DNA of 63,163 nucleotides from Bacillota bacterium (GTDB lineage Bacteria; Vulcanimicrobiota; SpSt-956; JAKJGF01): NCBI GenBank assembly GCA_022704525.1, contig JAKJGF010000001.1, positions 1 to 63,163 of the forward strand, read 5' to 3'. Shown piece by piece: positions 26,658 to 35,075 of this stretch (position 1 is its first letter; each line of letters starts with the position of its first letter). The notes under the pieces were generated by a model. It saw only the letters and a program-made list of their open reading frames with translations, ran no database searches and was not told where the DNA came from. The position numbers and the translations under genes were made by a program.

Positions 26658-26690
26658 AAAAAGAATAGGATATCCTATTCTTTTTAATTT
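26658..26690 (+). terminator. stem-loop (partial terminator/attenuator) between the precursor and the radical SAM genes
   Basis: AAAAAGAATAGGA-TA-TCCTATTCTTTTT followed by AATTTTTAT. Confidence 0.6.
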
Positions 26691-26779
26691 TTATAAAAAG
26701 GGTTTATCTTTAGAATAAAGAAAAAAAAAGAGAATCTTTTTTTGTGGGAGTAATATTTTATAAGGAGATTATTTTATTA

Positions 26780-27847
26780 ATGAAAGAAAAGGAGAATCCC
26801 TATTCTAAACTGAACTATATTTTAGAGTTGACGGAAAAATGTAATAACAGATGCTATTACTGTTATAATATCTGGAAAATGGAAGGTCGTGGAGGTTCAA
26901 AAAAAGAACTTACCACTAAAGAATGGAAGTTTGTCATAAAAAAGCTTCGACAAGAAACAGGCTGTACCCACCTGGCCATAACCGGAGGAGAACCTACTCT
27001 CAGACCTGATTTTTTAGAAATACTTGGTTTTATAGATAATATGGGTATAAGTCCGGTTTTAATTACAAATGGAAGTAGATTAACAAAAGAATTTATAAGA
27101 GATTGTATGGAAAGAGGAGTAAGACTTTTTGAGTTGCCTCTCCTCGGCCCGAACAGGGAAATCCATAATGCAATCTCCAGAAATGAATGTTGGGATAGTG
27201 TTATTGAGGCACTGGTGGATATAAGGACAATGTATGGACGTCCAATAGTGGTATTTGTTGCTACCAATAAGAATATACCTTATTTCGAAGAAACTCTGAA
27301 ACTTGCCATAGCACTTGATACAGGTGGTATGATGTTAAATCGTTTTAATCCCGGTGGGGAGGGTATAAAATATCTGGATGAACTTTTACCTTCTGCAGAA
27401 GATTTTGAAAAGGTACTTGAAATTGCCAATCGTCTTGCCTATGAATATAGATATCCCATAAGTTGCTCCATCCCTGTTCTTCCATGTATTATAAATATGG
27501 CAAATTATCCTTATCTTTCAACAGGTTTCTGTGCTGCAGGAACAGATAGAGCATATTACACTATAGGTGCAGATGGACGAATGAGACCATGTAATCATAC
27601 GACTACAGTTCTTGGAAATTTTCTTACTGAAAAATTTGAAGATATGATAAATAAACCTGTTATGAAGGAATTTGTAAAGGCTATACCACCCATTTGTGAA
27701 CCCTGTCCTATGGCCAGAGAGTGCCAGGGAGGATGTAAGGCTACTGCAGAGGTATGCTACGGATCTCCCAGGGAAATGGATCCATTTCTTAAAAAGAATC
27801 TTCACCGCCATCCTGCTTACAGTGGTGATTATTCAGGAGAGATATAA
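26780..27847 (+). CDS. radical SAM / SPASM-domain enzyme (paralogue 1)
   Basis: Start MKEKENPYSKL is parallel to paralogue 2 (the tracked ORF starts at 26744). CNNRCYYC (CxxxCxxC) at residues 22-29; GGEPTL; full SPASM signature GADGRMRPC...CEPCPMARECQGGC...AEVC. Confidence 0.85.
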   Translation: MKEKENPYSKLNYILELTEKCNNRCYYCYNIWKMEGRGGSKKELTTKEWKFVIKKLRQETGCTHLAITGGEPTLRPDFLEILGFIDNMGISPVLITNGSRLTKEFIRDCMERGVRLFELPLLGPNREIHNAISRNECWDSVIEALVDIRTMYGRPIVVFVATNKNIPYFEETLKLAIALDTGGMMLNRFNPGGEGIKYLDELLPSAEDFEKVLEIANRLAYEYRYPISCSIPVLPCIINMANYPYLSTGFCAAGTDRAYYTIGADGRMRPCNHTTTVLGNFLTEKFEDMINKPVMKEFVKAIPPICEPCPMARECQGGCKATAEVCYGSPREMDPFLKKNLHRHPAYSGDYSGEI

Positions 27848-27850
27848 GTA

Positions 27851-28966
27851 ATGAAGGAAACACAGAATCCCTATTCTAAACTCCATTATGTAATAGAACT
27901 TACGGAAAAATGTAATAACAGATGCCATTACTGTTATAATGTATGGAAACTTGATAGAACAGAAAAATCTTCAGGGGACCTTACAACAGAACAGTGGAAA
28001 TTTCTTATAGATAAACTGCACAGGGAAACAGGTTGTACCCACATAAGTATTTCAGGAGGAGAACCCACCATAAGGGAAGATTTTATGGAAATTCTTTCCC
28101 ATATTCACAGTTTTCAGATAGAGTCTATTTTGATTACCAATGGAAGTAATCTTTCCAGAGAATTTATAATAAAATGTATGGAAAGAGGAGTAAGAACTTT
28201 TGAATTACCCCTTCTGGGACCTACAAGAGAGCTACATAATGAGATTGCGGGAAATGATTGCTGGGATAAGATTATAGAAGGTATTGTAGACATAAGATCC
28301 AGTGGAGGCAGACCTGTAGTAGTTTTTGTAGCGACAAATAAAAATCTTCCATATTTTGAAGAAACCTTAAAACTTGCCATAGCACTGGAAACTGATTGTA
28401 TGATGCTTAACAGATTTAATCCCGGCGGAGAAGGTCTCCGCCATATAGAAGAGCTTTTACCTGATGTTCCATCTTTTGAGAAGGCTATGGAAATTGCCAA
28501 TAGATATGCCCGGGAATACAGATATGCAATAGCGAGTTCTATACCTGTCCAACCCTGTCTTATAAATCTGACTCTCTATCCCTATGTGAGAGTTGGATTC
28601 TGTGTGGCAGGAACAGAAAATGGTTATTTTACTATAGGCCCTGATGGAAAAATAAGACCCTGTAATCACAGTGTGTCTATCCTGGGGGATTTTTTTAAAG
28701 AGACCTTTGAAGAAATTATAAAGAAGCCTTTAGTTGAAAAGTTTAGAGTAGCTGTTCCTGAGATATGTAAAGTCTGTTCTCTTTCAGTAATCTGTCAGGG
28801 CGGCTGTAAAGCCGCTGCCGAGGTTTGTTCCGGTTCTCCCGGAGATTTAGATCCTTTTTTAAAGAAAAATCTTCATCTCCATCCAGCTTATTTAAAGGAC
28901 CATCCTGCTCATAGTATGAGGGAGAAGTTAAAAGCAATGGAAGAACAGCAATGTCATGGAAGATAG
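27851..28966 (+). CDS. radical SAM / SPASM-domain enzyme (paralogue 2)
   Basis: AGGAGA RBS. CNNRCHYC, GGEPTI, GPDGKIRPC...CKVCSLSVICQGGC...AEVC. Roughly two-thirds identical to paralogue 1 by eye. Confidence 0.85.
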   Translation: MKETQNPYSKLHYVIELTEKCNNRCHYCYNVWKLDRTEKSSGDLTTEQWKFLIDKLHRETGCTHISISGGEPTIREDFMEILSHIHSFQIESILITNGSNLSREFIIKCMERGVRTFELPLLGPTRELHNEIAGNDCWDKIIEGIVDIRSSGGRPVVVFVATNKNLPYFEETLKLAIALETDCMMLNRFNPGGEGLRHIEELLPDVPSFEKAMEIANRYAREYRYAIASSIPVQPCLINLTLYPYVRVGFCVAGTENGYFTIGPDGKIRPCNHSVSILGDFFKETFEEIIKKPLVEKFRVAVPEICKVCSLSVICQGGCKAAAEVCSGSPGDLDPFLKKNLHLHPAYLKDHPAHSMREKLKAMEEQQCHGR

Positions 28967-28975
28967 ATGCAAATT

Positions 28976-29290
28976 TCATCTTTGATTACGTCGTAAATTA
29001 GTTAACTTTTTCATAATGCCTCCTTTCTTCAGAAATTATATCTCTGGTAGAGAGTATTAATGCCCTTTTATTTTTCTTATATACAAAGAAAATAATTAAA
29101 TATCTTCCTCCCTCAGACTGTCCAAATGCAACATAGACACTTTCGTTAGTTCTATGACCTTTTTTAATAAATCTAAAGTAAGGTTTCTTATTTAAAGAAG
29201 GGATCTATGAACTCCCGGCGTACCTGAGTTTCATTATACTGGCCTGATTTATAGGCTACTATGTTGTTATAAAATCTATCTGTTAATTCT
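28976..29290 (-). pseudogene. degraded brnT/brnA-like (DUF497 toxin/antitoxin) remnant
   Basis: A minus-strand frame open over 28998-29204 has no start codon. It reads ...ESVYVAFGQSEGGRYLIIFFVYKKNKRALILSTRDIISEERRHYEKVN, which resembles the BrnT C-terminal half (E.R..G....GR.L.V.....RIISAR.A...ER..YE). An upstream piece in another frame reads REFIDPFF. An overlapping 12-codon stub with AAGGAGG (29014-28976) sits where brnA would start. Confidence 0.45.
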
Positions 29291-30319
29291 TTAAGCCCAG
29301 TCAACTTTTTCTTCCATACCAAGAGGATGCTTCAGAGGGTCCCCTATAGGTAACCAGGGAAACAAAAGAGGTGTTTTATTATACTTTTCCTGATATAACT
29401 GAGTGTAAAGATTCAGTCCTGCAGTAAAACCTGTGGAAAGAGCAGTAATGACTCCTGAAACAGGTGTTACAATATTACCTGCTGCTACTACCCCACAAAT
29501 TCCTGTGTTACCATTATTATCTGCTTTTATATAACCTTCTTTTAGGGTTATACCACTATCTTTAAGGAAATCAGTTACTTTTGTTTTCATCGTATAAGAA
29601 TTATAATCCACCAGCATTTTCCTGTATTCCCCTGTGTTAACTTCATTACCGGCTTCATCCAGTAAGATACATTCCACATTATTAGATGATTCTTTTTTAA
29701 CTCTTACACTTCCATAATGAATCTTAAGGCCTTCATATTTGTTTTCTACCTCAGGATTTAACTTTTCTTCCATTATGACAGAGATTTTTATGTCAGGTCT
29801 CAGGCTTTTTAATTTTAATGCAAGTTCTGCTGTTCCATGTCCTCCACCAAGAATAAGTATTTTAATATCTTTTTCTTCCGGTAGAAAAGTTGCTTCCAGT
29901 TCTATAGGACTGAACATAACCCTGATATTTTTTGTAAATTTTACAAGATTTCCATGGGGGAAAAATCCTGTACATATGGCAATTTTTTTTCCTTTATATA
30001 TATCTTTATTTGTTTTTATTGTCTTTATGTCACTCTTTAAATTTACTTCTATTACTTTTTCATGTTCAATTATTTGTACACCTGCTTCTTTAGCATCTAT
30101 AGCGAGAAAATTCATCACTTTATGTCCCATAAAGAACCATTTATGAGTTACCCTGAGTTTTCCATATTTTGCAAAGTTTCCTATTTCTCCTTCTTCTATT
30201 ATAAGGCTTGAAAATAGTCCTGAAGAATTTATTGGTATACCGGTTGCTCCTGTTATGGCACATATAAGGCCTGCGGGGCCTCCTCCTATTGTTATAAGAT
30301 CATAGATTTGTTCTGTCAT
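29291..30319 (-). CDS. FAD-dependent pyridine-nucleotide-disulfide-oxidoreductase-fold protein (thioredoxin-reductase-like, no CxxC)
   Basis: 342 aa. YDLITIGGGPAGL (FAD), ILILGGGHGTAELA (second Rossmann), GVVAAGNI. I see no redox-active CxxC. Confidence 0.7.
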   Translation of the reverse strand: MTEQIYDLITIGGGPAGLICAITGATGIPINSSGLFSSLIIEEGEIGNFAKYGKLRVTHKWFFMGHKVMNFLAIDAKEAGVQIIEHEKVIEVNLKSDIKTIKTNKDIYKGKKIAICTGFFPHGNLVKFTKNIRVMFSPIELEATFLPEEKDIKILILGGGHGTAELALKLKSLRPDIKISVIMEEKLNPEVENKYEGLKIHYGSVRVKKESSNNVECILLDEAGNEVNTGEYRKMLVDYNSYTMKTKVTDFLKDSGITLKEGYIKADNNGNTGICGVVAAGNIVTPVSGVITALSTGFTAGLNLYTQLYQEKYNKTPLLFPWLPIGDPLKHPLGMEEKVDWA

Positions 30320-30476
30320 ATTCCTTGTCCTTTCACATATCTATCTGTTTTCCTGCTTACATTATTATAACAAAAACCTGTTATTATGTATATATTTATT
30401 ACTTGACAAAAAAGACGCTATTATATATTCTATAAAATGAAAGAATTTTAATTCTTTTAGATAGGAGAGTTTGAGT

Positions 30477-31547
30477 ATGTTTGACACAGTAAAAGAACTA
30501 AATGATAAATATACAGAATTAGAAAAAGAGTTGTGTATACCCGGTGTAATTGCCAATAAAGAAAAGTATAGAGAACTGCTTAGAAGTATGTCAGAACTGG
30601 AAGAAATAGTAAGTATTTACAGAGAATATCTAAAAGTAAAAAGAGAACAGGAAGAAACCCTGGAATTAATAGAAATGGAAGAGGATGAAGAAGCTGTAAA
30701 TCTTGCACAGGAAGAACTTGAAGAACTGAAAATGAAAGAAAATGAATTAGAGGAGCAGTTAAATGATCTCCTTTCTTATAAAGATCCCAATGATGATAAG
30801 AATATAATTATGGAAATACGGGCAGGAACAGGAGGAGAAGAAGCCTGCCTCTTTGCTGCAGATTTATTCAGAATGTATTCGCGATTTGCTGAAAACAGGA
30901 AATGGAAAGTGGAGATTATTAATACTAACAGGACAGGACTTGGAGGTTTAAAGGAAATTGTATTCGAGATAAAAGGCAAAAAAGTTTACAGTATTTTGAA
31001 ATATGAGAGCGGTGTTCACAGGGTTCAGAGAGTGCCATCTACCGAAGCCAGTGGAAGAATACATACCTCTACTGCTACAGTGGCAGTTCTACCGGAAGCT
31101 GAAGATGTGGATGATGTTAAAATTAACCCGGTAGATCTTAAGATAGATACATATCGTTCCAGTGGAGCAGGAGGGCAACATGTAAATAAAACGGATTCTG
31201 CTGTAAGAATAACCCATCTTCCTACTGGTCTCGTAGTAGCATGTCAGGATCAACGTTCACAACATCAGAACAGGGATAAAGCTATGAGAGTTCTTAAGGC
31301 TCATCTTCTGGATATAATGATAAAAGAACAGCAAAGTGATATAGACGAAAAGAGAAGAGGCCAGGTAGGAAGCGGTGAACGATGTGAAAAGATAAGAACC
31401 TATAATTTTCCCCAGGGACGTATAACTGATCACAGAATAAACCTTACATTACATAATTTAGAAGCAATACTGGATGGAGATTTAGAGGATTTTGTAGAAG
31501 CCTTTAATAAATATGATAAGGAACAGAGACTTAAGGCAATTGCTTAA
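30477..31547 (+). CDS. prfA: peptide chain release factor 1
   Basis: PST tripeptide ([17 protein letters not shown]) and GGQ ([19 protein letters not shown]). ATG 30477 follows AGGAGA; the tracked ORF begins at TTG 30471. Confidence 0.93.
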   Translation: MFDTVKELNDKYTELEKELCIPGVIANKEKYRELLRSMSELEEIVSIYREYLKVKREQEETLELIEMEEDEEAVNLAQEELEELKMKENELEEQLNDLLSYKDPNDDKNIIMEIRAGTGGEEACLFAADLFRMYSRFAENRKWKVEIINTNRTGLGGLKEIVFEIKGKKVYSILKYESGVHRVQRVPSTEASGRIHTSTATVAVLPEAEDVDDVKINPVDLKIDTYRSSGAGGQHVNKTDSAVRITHLPTGLVVACQDQRSQHQNRDKAMRVLKAHLLDIMIKEQQSDIDEKRRGQVGSGERCEKIRTYNFPQGRITDHRINLTLHNLEAILDGDLEDFVEAFNKYDKEQRLKAIA

Positions 31548-31549
31548 AT

Positions 31550-31907
31550 GGTGAAAGGTGAAACGTGAAAAGTGAGGAGTGAGCAGAAATGAAAAGTGAA
31601 ATGAAGTCTCTGAGAAGCAGACAAAGTGAAAAGAAGGGACATATACTTGGTACCGCTTCAGGTAAAAGAGTATCCCCAAAACATATACACCTGTCCCTGT
31701 CCGGGCTCTGGAGCAAAAGATATGCCGTCAAAGGAGAAAGTTATAACTTGAATAAATACAAAACTGTAGATTACTGTAATAACAGATTTCATTGTAACAG
31801 GAACATAGATTTTGCGTAAGAGCCCGGACAGGGACAGGCTTGTGAGATGGGTACTAATAATCAGTTACTATTACACTATCCTTTCATGTCTCACGTCTCC
31901 TCTCACC
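31550..31907. repeat. composite repeat: family C GTGAAA(A/G)G array with a family A element nested inside
   Basis: GGTGAAAGGTGAAACGTGAAAAGTGAGGAGTGAGC...GTGAAAAGTGAAATGAAGTCTCTGAGAAGCAGACAAAGTGAAAAGAAGGGACATATACTT, then element A (31645-31868), then CCTTTCATGTCTCACGTCTCCTCTCACC. It fills the whole prfA-prmC spacer. Confidence 0.7.
31645..31868 (+). mobile_element. family A MITE-like hairpin element, copy 1 (right end degenerate)
   Basis: Shares about 200 nt with 53332-53564 and (inverted) 62778-63016, including the 19-bp internal inverted repeat CTGTCCCTGTCCGGGCTCT / AGAGCCCGGACAGGGACAG. Confidence 0.6.
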
Positions 31908-31914
31908 TATAATT

Positions 31915-32790
31915 ATGAAACTACTTATAAGAGATACTTTAAAATGGGCTGAAGAAGAAATAAAGAAATCTACAGATTCTGCTATCCCTTCCAGAGAAGC
32001 TGAGATACTGTTAGAATACGTTTTAAACATAAGCCGTGAAAAGCTTTATGTGAAATTACAGGATATATTTCCTGCTGAGTCCCTTGAAGAATATAAATCC
32101 CTGGTAATAGAAAGAACCCTGGGAAAACCTCTTGCATATATAATAAAGAAAAAAGAATTTATGTCTCTAGAGTTTTTTGTTACATCTTCTGTTTTAATCC
32201 CCAGGCCTGAGACTGAAATCCTTGTAGAAGAAGTAATAAAATGGGCAAAAAATATAAAAAATCCTCTTGTACTTGATATTGGTACAGGTTCCGGCTGTAT
32301 TGCTCTGAGTCTTTCTAAATATCTGGAAGAGAGTTTTATATATGCCTCTGATATCTCCGAAAAAGCACTTTATATTGCCAGAAAAAATGCATTAAATCTT
32401 GGATTAAGCCATAAGGTATTTTTTTACTGTGGAAATCTATTTGAACCAGTAAAAAATAATAAAAAAGTTTTTTTTGATGTAATTGTTTCAAATCCACCTT
32501 ATATATCTCCTTCGGAATTCCCAGAACTTTCTGTTAAAGATTATGAACCGAGAGAAGCTCTTTTAAGTCAGGAAGAGGGATTTTTTTTCTTTAAAAGGAT
32601 AATTTCAGATGCATCAGATTATTTGAAAACAGGGGGACTCCTGGCACTGGAAGCAGGTATTGGACAGGCAGAAAGAGTCTGTGAACTAATGAAATATCAT
32701 AAATTTGAGAATATAAGTGTTGTAAAAGATTTAAGTGGAATAGACAGGGTTATTATGGGTGAATTAAAATCTAGCTTCCAAATAATTTAG
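31915..32790 (+). CDS. prmC: release-factor glutamine N5-methyltransferase PrmC (HemK)
   Basis: 291 aa. VLIPRPETE, LDIGTGSGCIA, VSNPPYI. Confidence 0.9.
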   Translation: MKLLIRDTLKWAEEEIKKSTDSAIPSREAEILLEYVLNISREKLYVKLQDIFPAESLEEYKSLVIERTLGKPLAYIIKKKEFMSLEFFVTSSVLIPRPETEILVEEVIKWAKNIKNPLVLDIGTGSGCIALSLSKYLEESFIYASDISEKALYIARKNALNLGLSHKVFFYCGNLFEPVKNNKKVFFDVIVSNPPYISPSEFPELSVKDYEPREALLSQEEGFFFFKRIISDASDYLKTGGLLALEAGIGQAERVCELMKYHKFENISVVKDLSGIDRVIMGELKSSFQII

Positions 32791-34489
32791 CCCAGAAACT
32801 TTTAGGTCCTTCCATTGCTTGTAGAGCTATTTCAGTTTCTTTTTTTACTTCCTCAGAAGAATTTTTCTTTAAAAGCTTAATATGTGGTATAGCCTTTTTA
32901 TCTCCTATTCTGGTTAAAGCTTTAATAACTGCAATTTGAATAGTGGATGAGCTATTATTCAAAAGATTCGTCAGTGCTGAAATTACTTCTTCATCTATTT
33001 TATTGCTCAAAGCCTCGATAATTGTTAATTTCAGCGATTCTTCTCCTGTTTGAAGGGTTTTTAATAAGGCAGTGATAGCTTCAGAATGATTTATCATACC
33101 AAGGCCCTTTGCACTTATATGTTTTAGATTTTCTTCTCCCCCTGATAGAGAATCTATTAATATGCTGCAGGTAGATGGAGAACCTATATTTATAATTGCC
33201 TGAAGGGCTAATTCCCTGATTTCTGGATTTTTTTCTCCCATGGCCCTTTGAAGAAATTCTAACATGTCTTCTCTGGGGTTAATTTGATTTATAGTTTTGA
33301 GTATCTCTTTTTTTACTTCTATACATTCAGTAGAAAGAAATAAATCTTTAAAAAGATCCATATCTTCATCATGCAATCTCCCGAGAGCTCTTATAATTAA
33401 TTTCTGGAATACCGGATTTTTGACATTAAGCTCATTTTTTAGACGTTCCACACCATTATCAGTTAAATTACCTATATCAAAGAATATTTCCACCACCAGA
33501 TCCTGTGTGATTTCATCTGCTTTATTTAATTCTTCTGAAAGGGGAAGAAGAGATGAGGAACATATAAAAAAGATAGAGTCACGCATTATTTTTAGTGTTT
33601 TTTCGCTATTATTTTTTAATTCTCTTACAAGGTATTTTACTGATCCGGGAATCTTCATTTTTCCAAGACATTTTGCAGCAATACCCCTTATGTTTTCATT
33701 TTCATGAGTTAAAATTTTAATGAGTTCATCTTCTGCAGGTTCTCCAATTTTTATAAGAGCATCTGCTGCCAGTTTGTTTTCTATAACCTCTATAAGGGGT
33801 TTAATTGATGGCAGTCCAATTTTTATGAGAGCATCTGCTGAAGAAACTGCAACATTCATAAACTGGTCATCAAGTTTTTTAATTAATACAGGCACAGCTT
33901 CTTCATTACCGATTTCTCCAATGGCTATAGAAGCGAGTCTTCTTACATTTACATCCCTGTCTTCTTCCAGAGCTATTATAAGAGCGCTCAATGCCAGAGG
34001 GTCTTTAATTTGCCCCAGTGATACGGCTGCAGCACTTCTGACATCTGAATCTTTATCTTTTAAAAGATTAATCAGATCTTGAACCGGTTTTGAGTTCCCT
34101 ATTTCCCCTAGAGCTTTTGCTGCAGAAACTTTTGCTGTTTCATCTTTTAGAGACTCTATAATAGGATCTATAGATCTTTCGTCCCCTATTGTACCAAGGG
34201 CTTCTAAAGCAGCATTTTTTATCATAATATTACTGGTAGCTAATGTTTTTATAAGAGACTCTACTGCTACTCTTTCTTTTATTTCTCCCAGAAGTTTTAT
34301 AGCAGCAATTTTGACTTTTTTTTCTATATCAGATGTGATATGGGAAGGAAATTTTTCCATATCTATTAAGATTATGAGTTTCCTTATATCATCCTTATTT
34401 TTTGTTTCTTTAATTTCCTTTATATTTTTGATGATATGAGACAGGTTTTCTTCATTCAGTTTTTGAAATAAGAGATTAATTTCTTCCAT
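32771..34489 (-). CDS. HEAT-repeat (PBS-lyase-type) protein
   Basis: 572 aa with many ~31-aa repeats of the form VR..AA.ALG.IGD..A...LI..L.D. Confidence 0.75.
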   Translation of the reverse strand: MEEINLLFQKLNEENLSHIIKNIKEIKETKNKDDIRKLIILIDMEKFPSHITSDIEKKVKIAAIKLLGEIKERVAVESLIKTLATSNIMIKNAALEALGTIGDERSIDPIIESLKDETAKVSAAKALGEIGNSKPVQDLINLLKDKDSDVRSAAAVSLGQIKDPLALSALIIALEEDRDVNVRRLASIAIGEIGNEEAVPVLIKKLDDQFMNVAVSSADALIKIGLPSIKPLIEVIENKLAADALIKIGEPAEDELIKILTHENENIRGIAAKCLGKMKIPGSVKYLVRELKNNSEKTLKIMRDSIFFICSSSLLPLSEELNKADEITQDLVVEIFFDIGNLTDNGVERLKNELNVKNPVFQKLIIRALGRLHDEDMDLFKDLFLSTECIEVKKEILKTINQINPREDMLEFLQRAMGEKNPEIRELALQAIINIGSPSTCSILIDSLSGGEENLKHISAKGLGMINHSEAITALLKTLQTGEESLKLTIIEALSNKIDEEVISALTNLLNNSSSTIQIAVIKALTRIGDKKAIPHIKLLKKNSSEEVKKETEIALQAMEGPKSFWAKLFGS

Positions 34490-34791
34490 ATTATACCAAT
34501 CTTATGCATAAAGCTCAGAATATCATCCATTACGTATTATGAATTATATAAATTATTATTAGCTTTCAGCAATCAACCCTCAATTTTCAGCTTTTTCCTT
34601 GATCTGATAACTTTAAACATAAAATTCTCATTGTGAAGCTGTTTTCCCTTTAAATATTTTAAAAATTTCTCGACTTTATTTTCCTGTAGTGATAAAATTA
34701 TATTATACTTTGTAAAGGAGATATTTATGAAATTAGCAGATGAGAGGCTTATAAAATGGATGATGGATAACCCCCAGGAATCCATCAAAAC

Positions 34792-35070
34792 TTATGGAGA
34801 AATAGACAATGAAATGCGTGCCAGAAAATGTATCTTTTTCTGTAATTTTTTGGAGACTTTTATAATTATTTTAAAGATATCCCTCATATATTTATCTTCA
34901 GGTCTGTTGCAGATCTGAACCTCTCTTGCCAGCTGTTCAATTGGTATATTATTTTTAAGTTTATATCTGATAATTTCTTTAACAATAAGTTCACGTTTTT
35001 TTAATAGTCTCATAATTTCTTCATCAATTATATCAATCTGTTCCCTGTAGATCTTCAGCTCTTCTAACAT
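34792..35070 (-). CDS. chorismate mutase (AroQ class)
   Basis: 92 aa. LEELKIYREQIDIIDEEIMRLLKKR is typical of the CM_2 N-terminal helix. Adjacent to aroD/aroE. Confidence 0.7.
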   Translation of the reverse strand: MLEELKIYREQIDIIDEEIMRLLKKRELIVKEIIRYKLKNNIPIEQLAREVQICNRPEDKYMRDIFKIIIKVSKKLQKKIHFLARISLSISP

Positions 35071-35075
35071 AGTAT

